From Pseudomonadota bacterium (GTDB lineage: Bacteria > Bdellovibrionota > FAC87 > UBA2466), in the NCBI GenBank assembly GCA_043718025.1, contig JAYSWN010000132.1, positions 1 to 26,336 of the forward strand: a DNA stretch of 26,336 bases, read 5' to 3'. Numbering within the stretch: position 1 is the first letter of the stretch; each line of letters begins with the position of its first letter. This document shows positions 8,715 through 16,931 of the stretch, one piece after another. The translations under genes and the position numbers were made by a program. Below the pieces are notes generated by a model, which was not told where the DNA came from, searched no databases, and was given only the letters and a program-made list of their open reading frames with translations.

Positions 8715-9011
8715 CTAGTTTACGGTCGCGCCTTCTTCGGACTCTTCCGCAACTTCGTTCTCATCGATCGGATCAGCGGCGAAATCTTCATCGTTAGACT
8801 CCGACCTTTTCTTTTTTCCTTTGGCGTTTCCCGCAGTGGGAGCGGCATCCACTGTTTCGGCCGGTGGCGCGGTGCCCAATAACACTAAGCAGGCCGCTTT
8901 GATTTTTAGCAGCTCTGAAATTTCAGTTTCAAGCACGCCAATGCGGCTCTCCACTACCTTGAGCTGCTTCTCGAGGGATTTGGGACTGATGAGGTTCAAG
9001 GGGATGTTCAT
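8715..9011 (-). CDS. Small hypothetical protein: coiled coil plus basic/acidic disordered tail
   Basis: GGAG RBS 5 nt before ATG; heptad pattern LEKQLKVVESRIGVLETEISELLKIK; KGKKKR patch followed by an acidic C-terminus. Confidence 0.75.
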   Translation of the reverse strand: MNIPLNLISPKSLEKQLKVVESRIGVLETEISELLKIKAACLVLLGTAPPAETVDAAPTAGNAKGKKKRSESNDEDFAADPIDENEVAEESEEGATVN

Positions 9012-9125
9012 GATGTCTCCGGGTTGTAGTCCTTTATACTAACCTTAACCGGACAAATGAATTGATTTCACCAAGCCCCGCGCGCCCTTGGCCACCGCGG
9101 AAGACGACGAGCCCTAATGATCACT

Positions 9126-10115
9126 TTAAGTGGGCGATCTTGCGGGTGCTAAAGCAACACGGCAATTGGACGGCGGCAAGTCGAGCGAAGTTTTCCACTC
9201 TGGACGGCGCAACTTCATCTGCTCTTGCACATACTCAATCCGCGATTTGGTACCCGCCGGAATCTCAACCGCACTGAGAATCGAAAGGCGCAGCCATCCT
9301 AATGCAACAAAATCGCCAATGGATCGCCGCTTCAGCGTAAGAATTTCAGCTTGGGGTGCCCAACGCAAAAGGTCTTGTTTCACCAAAAATAGTTGAATCG
9401 GCTTTGCCCCTGAATTTTTTAGGTCAGCGGAAGAGCAGACCCAAACCGAATCTCTTTCAAATCCGAGCACGCTGACCGGAAAGACTCCGTCGTCACTGCC
9501 CGATAGAAAATAGCCAGCTTCGTCTGCCGAAAGAGCCGCGGCCAATACGCTGGAAGTGCGAAACACTCGGTCGGAAACATCTTCGATGGGAATATTCATT
9601 ACTCTCGTCCGCGTCCCACCCTGCAGCTGGGGCGGAGGAAGAAGCTCTCTAATCTCGACCGAAAGAAAAATACTTTCCCGAAAACCCTCGCGCACCCGAA
9701 TGCCCAAGGGCTTTCCTAGCGACCAGGTGCCGTCTTCGGTTTCGAAGAGCAAGGCTCCCTGATTTTGGCGAAGGCGGTCCAGGGCGATGGCCAATGAGTC
9801 ACTCTCTCGCCAGCCCCAATCCCACTGTGAATCAGAACCAAAAGTGATGAGGGGTTTCATTCGTAGTGGCGGCCCACCAATTTTCTCACGGTCTTTTGAA
9901 TTGATTCGCGTGAACAGCGTTCCGGAAACTTCGTCGTACTCTTGAGTTTGGGAAATCGCCGGAAACGCCGCTTTAAAGGCGGAGTTGAAATTGGATTTGG
10001 GAATCAACACAGTGACCGGAAGACTATCGGGAACCACCGGCCCGCCCAGCAGCGGAAACGCGGCCAGCCCCCCTACCAACCCCATAAGACGCGGAAAAAA
10101 AGCTGCTTTTACCAT
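9126..10115 (-). CDS. Hypothetical protein, probably exported
   Basis: ~330-codon ORF filling the gap; hydrophobic N-terminus LMGLVGGLAAFPLLGG. Start is uncertain (10115, 10127 or 10151). No family recognised. Confidence 0.6.
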   Translation of the reverse strand: MVKAAFFPRLMGLVGGLAAFPLLGGPVVPDSLPVTVLIPKSNFNSAFKAAFPAISQTQEYDEVSGTLFTRINSKDREKIGGPPLRMKPLITFGSDSQWDWGWRESDSLAIALDRLRQNQGALLFETEDGTWSLGKPLGIRVREGFRESIFLSVEIRELLPPPQLQGGTRTRVMNIPIEDVSDRVFRTSSVLAAALSADEAGYFLSGSDDGVFPVSVLGFERDSVWVCSSADLKNSGAKPIQLFLVKQDLLRWAPQAEILTLKRRSIGDFVALGWLRLSILSAVEIPAGTKSRIEYVQEQMKLRRPEWKTSLDLPPSNCRVALAPARSPT

Positions 10116-10238
10116 CACCCCACCCATTCCCTTCACCCAAGAGCAACACATAGCGTTACGCTTTTCAACAAGGGTTTCGCCGCAAGCAAAAATTTAGGGC
10201 ACGCTTGCAGAAACTCGCCGCCCCGCGTACTGGTAAGC

Positions 10239-11441
10239 ATGTCCGACGCTCCGATCTCCGCCAGGCCCCACGTTTTTTATATTCGCCCCGCACCGGGCTG
10301 GCTGGAGCTAACGTTTCAAGAGGTTTCGGCTTTAATTAAGACGCCGCTACAAAAGTACAAATTCGAGCCTAAAGTCACCCAGTTGAAGGGCACGGTGAAA
10401 CTGCACCGCTGTGACTGGCGCCAGGGGTTAGAGGTGATGCTTCGTCTCACCACCGCCCACGATGTTGAGTGGTTAATCTTAGAATCAAAGTGCTCGAAGT
10501 GGTCTGAGGTCGACGCCATTTTAGAGCGGGTGCCGTGGGACGACATTCTCCCGAGCCGTGATGTATTGGTTCACGTCACCACCGACATCTCAGATGGCTT
10601 CTCCACTTCGTCGGGAAAACTGCGCGATAACCTATGCAAAATTGCCCGCGTCACCCATGCCTCGGAAGGGGCACCGTTTCGCTTTAAAACCGAGCTGCGC
10701 GGAGATTTTTTGCGAATTTCGATTAGCCTTTGCGGTGAGCCGCTGTACAAGCGCGGCTACAAGGCCAAGTTAGAGGCAACCGCGCCGTTAACCGAACATC
10801 AAGCTGCCGCCTGTACACGCTATGTTTTGGCCGGCGCCAAAGAGGCCTCAGCCGTAGGCTCGGTGTTTGTTCCGTTTGCCGGATCGGGAACGTTTGGGTT
10901 TGAGGCCGTGATCGTAGTCGCGGGAGCCGGACCGGGCGCTTTTTCACGCCAGTTCGCTTGCGATCTCTTTCCCGCAACGCCGGCCCCCACCATGAAATTT
11001 TTGCGCCGCAAAATCGCCGAGATTTTTAGTGGCACGGCCCTACCGCGCGTGTTTTTTAATGACTTCAATGCCGCCGCCGTTGCGGTACTTACCCAGAACG
11101 TTGCCGCTTTTCCAAAGAGCGCCGCATTCGAAATTTGCGAAGGCGATGTGTTTGGCTTGAAACCAAAATTTGCCGAACAAGGAAAGATTTTAGTCTTGCT
11201 AAACCCACCTTACGGCGACCGTTTGGCGGAAGAATCAAATATTCCCGCGCTCTATTCGCGCCTCGGGGCCTACATGCATTCACTGGCGGCGTCGCACCCC
11301 GGCCGAATTGTCGGCGGTTGCCTTTGTCCCGACGAACGTACCTGGAAAAATTTTCTAAAGGGCCTTGAAGTAGAAACCCCCGAAACCCACCATTTTACCC
11401 ACGGTGGAAAAGAGATGCGGGTGGTGCGGTGGCAGGCGTAA
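10239..11441 (+). CDS. THUMP-domain class I SAM-dependent RNA methyltransferase (RlmL-like)
   Basis: N-terminal APGWLELTFQEV, SLCGEPLYKRGYK...APLTEHQAA, SAM motif PFAGSGT and motif IV NPPYGDRL. Start placed at ATG 10239 (MSDAP). Confidence 0.82.
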   Translation: MSDAPISARPHVFYIRPAPGWLELTFQEVSALIKTPLQKYKFEPKVTQLKGTVKLHRCDWRQGLEVMLRLTTAHDVEWLILESKCSKWSEVDAILERVPWDDILPSRDVLVHVTTDISDGFSTSSGKLRDNLCKIARVTHASEGAPFRFKTELRGDFLRISISLCGEPLYKRGYKAKLEATAPLTEHQAAACTRYVLAGAKEASAVGSVFVPFAGSGTFGFEAVIVVAGAGPGAFSRQFACDLFPATPAPTMKFLRRKIAEIFSGTALPRVFFNDFNAAAVAVLTQNVAAFPKSAAFEICEGDVFGLKPKFAEQGKILVLLNPPYGDRLAEESNIPALYSRLGAYMHSLAASHPGRIVGGCLCPDERTWKNFLKGLEVETPETHHFTHGGKEMRVVRWQA

Positions 11442-12007
11442 CTTTAAGCGATTCTGAAGTCATCGATTGCACCCGACGCTGGATCTCTTCAATGGTGATT
11501 GGATTGAACCTATGCCCGTTTGCCCAACGAGTGTTCGACGCCGGCACGATTCACTATTCGGTTAGCAACGTCTTAACGGGGGAGAAGCTGGCCATCGAAC
11601 TCGCAACCGAGATCGAGAGATTGATGGCGTTAAATGTAACGTTGCGTGAAACCAGCTTTCTTATTCACCCGAAAGTGCTGACTGATTTTCGCGCGTACAA
11701 TGAATTCCTAGACGTAGCCGATCGGGTTTTGGTGGAGCTGGGCTTAGAGGGCAGTCTGCAAATTGCCAGTTTTCATCCCGCTTACCAATTTGCGGGAACG
11801 CGCGCCGATGCGGCAGAAAACTTTACCAATCGCTCACCCTTTCCGATGCTTCACCTACTGCGAGAGCAGAGTATTTCAACCGTTGAAAAAGAGTACGAAG
11901 ACCTTAGTGAGATCCCGCGCCGTAATGTCGCCATGCTCAACAAGCTCGGTACGAAACAAATTTTGCAGCGATTGAAAGACGCCAAAGTCCTTCCCCCCTA
12001 CAAGTAG
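11429..12007 (+). CDS. DUF1415-family protein
   Basis: Signature W...VIGLNLCPFA, QIASFHPAYQFAGT, ENFTNRSPFPMLHLLRE, IPRRN. Confidence 0.88.
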   Translation: MAGVTLSDSEVIDCTRRWISSMVIGLNLCPFAQRVFDAGTIHYSVSNVLTGEKLAIELATEIERLMALNVTLRETSFLIHPKVLTDFRAYNEFLDVADRVLVELGLEGSLQIASFHPAYQFAGTRADAAENFTNRSPFPMLHLLREQSISTVEKEYEDLSEIPRRNVAMLNKLGTKQILQRLKDAKVLPPYK

Positions 12008-12041
12008 AAATGGCCGAGCCGAATTTCTGGTTTAACCAGCT

Positions 12042-12866
12042 CTATCGTTGACAGGCGGAGCACCAAAAAGTCGAACGGCCGACGGTAACTCCCTTTTTAA
12101 TCGGTTTGGTGCATTTTGCGCACGGCTGATCAGCGCGATCGTAGACCGCAAAACGGCTTTGAAAAGAACCGGCGTTGCCTTCGGCATTGCGGTAGTCAGA
12201 AATGGTAGAACCGCCGGCGGCAATTGATTTGGTGAGCACCGATTGAATTGCCTGCACCAATCCGCCGGCCCGTGCGCAAGACAATCGACTGGCTCGGGTG
12301 TGCGGTTTTATTCCGGCGTAAAAAAGCGACTCAGAAGCGTAGATGTTGCCGACTCCCACCACCACGCTTTGATCCATGATCGCGGTTTTTATTCCGCAAT
12401 TCTTATTGCGCAAGCTTTTCCACAGCACCACGGCAGAAAATTCTTTCGCCAGCGGCTCGGGCCCTAACCTGGCTAACCTCTTTTTTTCGGTAGCGGCGTT
12501 CAGCACGTCGAGAATTCCAAAACGGCGCGGGTCGTTGTAAATTAAAGTGGAGCCGTTATTCAAAAAAATTCGTACGTGATCATGAAGCCGTGGTGAACTG
12601 CCAAGCCGTAAGTCGGCCTCGCTACGCCACGAGCCAGTCATTCCCAGATGGGAAAGAAAGTTCCCCCGATCGGTCAAGAAGATGAGGTACTTTGCCCGCC
12701 GTTGGACGCCGGTGATTCTGGCGCCTTCCATTTTTTTTAATTCAGCAACCGGAAACGGATCGCGCAAGTTCTCTCGCAAGAGTTGGAACTCCAAAATCCT
12801 TGGCTTATCGTTAAGGATATTTTCCAAACCGCGCTTTACGATTTCAACTTCGGGAAGTTCGGGCAT
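12042..12866 (-). CDS. mutM: Formamidopyrimidine-DNA glycosylase
   Basis: N-terminal MPELPEVE, RRAKYL, HLGMTGS, DPRRFG, GVGNIYASESLF and C-terminal zinc finger CAKC...GRSTFWCSACQ. Confidence 0.97.
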   Translation of the reverse strand: MPELPEVEIVKRGLENILNDKPRILEFQLLRENLRDPFPVAELKKMEGARITGVQRRAKYLIFLTDRGNFLSHLGMTGSWRSEADLRLGSSPRLHDHVRIFLNNGSTLIYNDPRRFGILDVLNAATEKKRLARLGPEPLAKEFSAVVLWKSLRNKNCGIKTAIMDQSVVVGVGNIYASESLFYAGIKPHTRASRLSCARAGGLVQAIQSVLTKSIAAGGSTISDYRNAEGNAGSFQSRFAVYDRADQPCAKCTKPIKKGVTVGRSTFWCSACQR

Positions 12867-12910
12867 CGAGCTGTTGTTACTTCAAAACCCCATAAAAAGG
12901 TACCTACGTA

Positions 12911-14503
12911 TCAACTCTCGCTTTCATTTAAGCCTAGGGATCGCCTTTTGCCCGTTCGGGAGGGGACAATAAGGCCAAACTTCGCCGGATTGATAATCAT
13001 TGAAACCAAGCTGCCGGAGGTTCCCAGAACGAAAAACAGCGCCGGAAAACCGCCTAAATAAGAGAGTGTCTTAATTCCCTCGAGCCCGCTCAAGCACAAC
13101 ATAAATAGCGCCAAAGCCCCAACCGTTCCACCCCACACTAATTTCAACCACAGCGGTGGTTCGTGACTGTCGGCAGAAATTCCGTGCGAACTCATTCCCG
13201 CCATCGACAGCGTATTAGAATCGGCCGCCGTCACGTAAGAAATAAAAGCGGTGATTAAGAAGGTCGGGATCACGATGCTTGCAAACGGAAATTTATCAAA
13301 CACCCGATAAACCAGCATCTCGGGTCCTGCGGAGCTTAGAATTTGCGCGAGATCGAGAGTCCCTAAGCTTTGCATCGCCAAAGCCGTGCCGCCAAAAATA
13401 CCCATCCACACGTAGGAAAATACGGCAGGAATGAGCAGATTGACGAGCAGAAAGCTGCGCACCGTGTAACCCACCCCCACTCTTCCCAAAAACGCCGCCG
13501 AAACCGGAGCCCAAGCCAGCCACACCGACCAATAAAAAACCGTCCAACTCCTTGGCCAAGGGTCGTCGACGGCAAACGAGGTAAAAAGGCTGCTGGAAAC
13601 AAAGTGGCGCACAAAGTGAGAACTGGCCGAGACCGCAAGCGCCCAGGTTTCCGCAATGGGACCGTAGTAGACCACCACGCCGGCGATAACGAAGAAGAAA
13701 AGCGTGTTGATATTGCTCAACCAGGTGATTCCACGGTGCACTCCCGATAGGGCCGAAAGCAAAAATGCCACGACGATTGAAACTCCGATCAAAATCCAGC
13801 AAGTGGGGCTGCTCTTAATTCCGTAGAGGTAATTTAAACCGCCCGCCAAGGTGAGCACTCCCGTGGCCAGCGAAGCCGCCATTCCCGCCACTAAGGCGAA
13901 GAGACAAAGGCTATCGATGGCCGGAGAAAATCTAGCGGCTACTCTTCTACCGATAAGGGGCGCCAGGCAGGACGAAAGGCTGAATGGAAGATTGAGATTA
14001 TGAAATGCCAGCGCAAAAACCAGAGCGGGGAGAGCGTATATCGCGCACGGAACAAACGACCAATGTAAAAAAAGCGACGACAACGCAAATTGAGCCGCCG
14101 GCCCGGAGCCCGGAACCAGCCCGAGCGAACGGGGCGGTTGGGTGAGGTGATAAATGGGCTCGGCCATTCCCCAAAATAAAATACCCACCGCCGTGGTGGT
14201 ACACAGCGAGATGGTGCACCACGAAACTGGCGACAAAAATCTTTTGGCCCCGGGGCCACCGATCACCACCCGTCCAAGGGGCGAAAAAAAGGCCAGAGTA
14301 CAGGCGAATAAAAAAAACAACGCCCCCCCCGCAAAAAGCGGCGACAATTTTCCCAAGGCCCAGGTATTTGCCCCGCTCACCACTTTTACAAAATGGGGCC
14401 CATCGAGGGACGCCGCCACCAAGGCCACTAGAATCAATAGAAAGGCGGGCCAGAAGACCCAAACCCGAAGATTGTGTTTCAAAGGAGCACCCACTACCAG
14501 CAA
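12911..14503 (-). CDS. BCCT-family (betaine/choline/carnitine) transporter
   Basis: About 12 hydrophobic segments; motifs GILFWGMAEPIYH, FLHWSF, GITWLSNIN, WTVFYWSVWLAWAP...FLGRVGVGYTVRSF, WMGIFGGTA and YVTAADS. TTG start abuts the upstream stop. Confidence 0.93.
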   Translation of the reverse strand: MLVVGAPLKHNLRVWVFWPAFLLILVALVAASLDGPHFVKVVSGANTWALGKLSPLFAGGALFFLFACTLAFFSPLGRVVIGGPGAKRFLSPVSWCTISLCTTTAVGILFWGMAEPIYHLTQPPRSLGLVPGSGPAAQFALSSLFLHWSFVPCAIYALPALVFALAFHNLNLPFSLSSCLAPLIGRRVAARFSPAIDSLCLFALVAGMAASLATGVLTLAGGLNYLYGIKSSPTCWILIGVSIVVAFLLSALSGVHRGITWLSNINTLFFFVIAGVVVYYGPIAETWALAVSASSHFVRHFVSSSLFTSFAVDDPWPRSWTVFYWSVWLAWAPVSAAFLGRVGVGYTVRSFLLVNLLIPAVFSYVWMGIFGGTALAMQSLGTLDLAQILSSAGPEMLVYRVFDKFPFASIVIPTFLITAFISYVTAADSNTLSMAGMSSHGISADSHEPPLWLKLVWGGTVGALALFMLCLSGLEGIKTLSYLGGFPALFFVLGTSGSLVSMIINPAKFGLIVPSRTGKRRSLGLNESES

Positions 14504-15691
14504 TTAAAAAAGACGTTGTTCAAAAGGGAAATGCGCCAAAAGCCGCGGTCCCTGTTTGGTAACTAAAATCTGTTCTTCAAGTTTGACCCCATCCCGTTTC
14601 CCTTTTTTACCAGCGTAATACTCCACGCTAAGCACCATGTTTTCTTCAATCACCCCATGCGGACGAAGTCCGTTTTGCTCGGGGTAGGGAAAAAAGGGAG
14701 GCTCATCATCAAGCCCCGCCCCATGAATCATGCAAGAATAGGCCTGTTCCCTATACTCTGGTCGCGACCGTGGAGCCTTGTGCAGAATCTCTTCGTAAGA
14801 CGTGCCCACTCGGCAGAGGTCGATCGTGCGTTGGATAAAATCATATGCAATCTGAAATGCCTCTTTTTGATCGGCATTGGCCTTCTCCCCGCAGAGGAAG
14901 GTACGTGAAATATCGCACAGGTACCCTTCGGGGCCCAGCATGTCGGTGTCAATGCCGACCAGATCCCCAGTTTCTACTTTGCGTTCCCCCGCCTCGTGAA
15001 ACCAGGGATTAGTCTTGTCGCCAGAAACCAACAGGCGGGTGCTGCAGTGCTCGCCACCTAACGCCAGCATCTGCCCCCAAAAAACTCCCATCAACTCATT
15101 TTCAGAAATTCCCGGTCGAATCGCTTTTTCGAGCGCGGCTAATGCGCTATCCGCTACGGCTCCGGATTGCTCTAGCAAAACGATTTCATCGGCGGTCTTC
15201 ACCCGTTTGGCCTCTTCCAGAGGCTCATCCGCGTCGCAGACGCGAAGCCCAGCCGCTTGCAGGCCAGAGTAGCCGTAGTGGTCGACAATATCGATTCCCA
15301 CTTTGGAACCTTGAGTTCCCCATTCCCGCATTAAAATTTGAATCTCTTCGGCCCACCGCTTCGCCGCTTCGGGCGCAGTGTGGTTGGCAAAGCGGAACTG
15401 CCACGGCGCAGCCGCTCGACTGCCCGGCCAAATTTGCTGCGCCCGAAAAAGGGCCTTTCCGTATTCAAAAACCACCGGCGCGCCGCTCGGGGGAACTACC
15501 GCGTAGCGGGCTAAATTCATCGCCGTCCAAATCGGCATCACCGAAGTTCCGGTGGCGTAACGAATGTTGATCGGACTATTTAGCACCAAGGCCCCAATGT
15601 CGCGTTGGCGCAGCTCGCGTTGGAGTTTTTCCAACCGCTCTTGTCGCAGGCGGACCGGGTCCCATTGATAGCCTTCGCCGAGTCGGCTCAT
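14504..15691 (-). CDS. M24 (Xaa-Pro peptidase fold) metalloenzyme, DddP (DMSP lyase)-like
   Basis: PINIRYATGT..MPIWT, TRLLVSGDKTNPWFHE, DTDMLG...CDISRT, YSCMIHGAGLDDEP, VEYYAG and GVKLEEQ. The metal ligands D/D/H/E/E and the NPWF.E and DTD motifs match DddP as remembered. Confidence 0.8.
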   Translation of the reverse strand: MSRLGEGYQWDPVRLRQERLEKLQRELRQRDIGALVLNSPINIRYATGTSVMPIWTAMNLARYAVVPPSGAPVVFEYGKALFRAQQIWPGSRAAAPWQFRFANHTAPEAAKRWAEEIQILMREWGTQGSKVGIDIVDHYGYSGLQAAGLRVCDADEPLEEAKRVKTADEIVLLEQSGAVADSALAALEKAIRPGISENELMGVFWGQMLALGGEHCSTRLLVSGDKTNPWFHEAGERKVETGDLVGIDTDMLGPEGYLCDISRTFLCGEKANADQKEAFQIAYDFIQRTIDLCRVGTSYEEILHKAPRSRPEYREQAYSCMIHGAGLDDEPPFFPYPEQNGLRPHGVIEENMVLSVEYYAGKKGKRDGVKLEEQILVTKQGPRLLAHFPFEQRLF

Positions 15692-16929
15692 CCACTAGCC
15701 CCCGAAGACCTTATCTGTATCTCCGCAAGCGTACGGGCCATTTCGTTGCGCATGATTGAAAGCCCCTCGTTGATGCCCATGCCGGGCTTCACCAGCAGGG
15801 CGTCAGCCCGTGCCGCCAAGGCCACGTGCACCGAGAGCATCGACGAAAGATCAGTTTCGATGCAACTGCCCCCCAAGAGTGCCTTCACGTCTCTAGATTT
15901 ACACATAGCCACTGCGGCTAACGAAGCGTGGAGAGAACCCAGAGTGGGCATCTTGATATGAACCCAATCCACCGCCTGAGCGTCCAAAAAGGCGGTGATG
16001 TCTTCGACGCTACTCGCCCACTCATCGACGGCCACCAGCACCGCCACCCCTTGTTCTCTCAGAGAACGACGCAGTTGACCCAACCGCGCCACCTGTTGAT
16101 CGCGTGAAGCCTCAAGGTAGGGGCTTTCCACCCGAACCTCATGCTCACCGCAGATGGCCTTCAATTTTTTTAGAAATGCGATCGCCGGTTCCTCTGCGTT
16201 TTTGAAAACCTTTCCCAGCGCCCCGTGCAGATCAAAGTGCAATGCAGGTCGATAGTCACGCGAGCCTAGCGTTTCAATGCGGCGGCAAAGCCAGTCGGCG
16301 TAATCGAGCAAAACTTCGCCATGTTGCCCAAACTGGCTCGAAACATTCTCCACTTGAGTGTGCGGCAGAACCGAAAGACGATTCATAATCATTTTATCGG
16401 CGCCGCCACGCCGGTCGTTACCGCACGACCCATGAAGCCGCACCGGTTGCGAAGAAAGTGGCACGCCCAATTCGGCGCAAAGAATCTCGGTGGGGGTGAC
16501 CCCGGCCCGCAGGGCAACTGCCTGTAAGAAGGCTTGGCTTAAACCGTAGCGCCAACTGGCCGGCAACGTGGCATCGCTACAAAATTCTGCACTATTCAAA
16601 AAGGAAGAGAAGCTGACTCCGCGCAAAGCCGGCGCGTAGGCATCCCGAATCCGGGCTTCAAGTTCAGCGGCACGCAACACCGGCTCGCGTCCCGACTTTC
16701 CGGCGTAAGACACTCCCACGCAATCGCCCCAGGCCACTTCGCCGCTTTCCAACTGCAAACCAACTGATACCGTCTCTGCCACTTCGCGGGCGTAATGAAA
16801 ACCGGCACTCACCGCAGACAGTTGCCAACGCTCACTCTCGGCGCACGGCTCGTCCACCAACGCTAAAACGTCTTCGCAGTAATAAGCGCCCTGACCGCGG
16901 GCCGTAATTATTTTGGAGATACGAATCAC
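15688..16929 (-). CDS. Methylaspartate ammonia-lyase homolog (enolase superfamily) with divergent substrate pocket
   Basis: GDC...GREP, RYGLSQA, DKMI, LPH, HFD, RVESP, VDEW, IKMP, GGSCIET and KPGMGINEG...NEM align with MAL. Start placed at GTG 16929, 2 nt after the ALDH stop; its TGA overlaps the next ATG. Confidence 0.88.
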   Translation of the reverse strand: MIRISKIITARGQGAYYCEDVLALVDEPCAESERWQLSAVSAGFHYAREVAETVSVGLQLESGEVAWGDCVGVSYAGKSGREPVLRAAELEARIRDAYAPALRGVSFSSFLNSAEFCSDATLPASWRYGLSQAFLQAVALRAGVTPTEILCAELGVPLSSQPVRLHGSCGNDRRGGADKMIMNRLSVLPHTQVENVSSQFGQHGEVLLDYADWLCRRIETLGSRDYRPALHFDLHGALGKVFKNAEEPAIAFLKKLKAICGEHEVRVESPYLEASRDQQVARLGQLRRSLREQGVAVLVAVDEWASSVEDITAFLDAQAVDWVHIKMPTLGSLHASLAAVAMCKSRDVKALLGGSCIETDLSSMLSVHVALAARADALLVKPGMGINEGLSIMRNEMARTLAEIQIRSSGASG

Positions 16930-16931
16930 GA

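Noticed and set aside
9942..10238. 99-codon N-terminal extension of the methyltransferase ORF
   Set aside because: Overlaps the opposite-strand gene and has no family similarity; ATG 10239 is the better start.
15688..16929. Classical glutamate fermentation (methylaspartate pathway) locus
   Set aside because: No glutamate mutase genes in the window and several substrate-pocket residues differ from canonical MAL.
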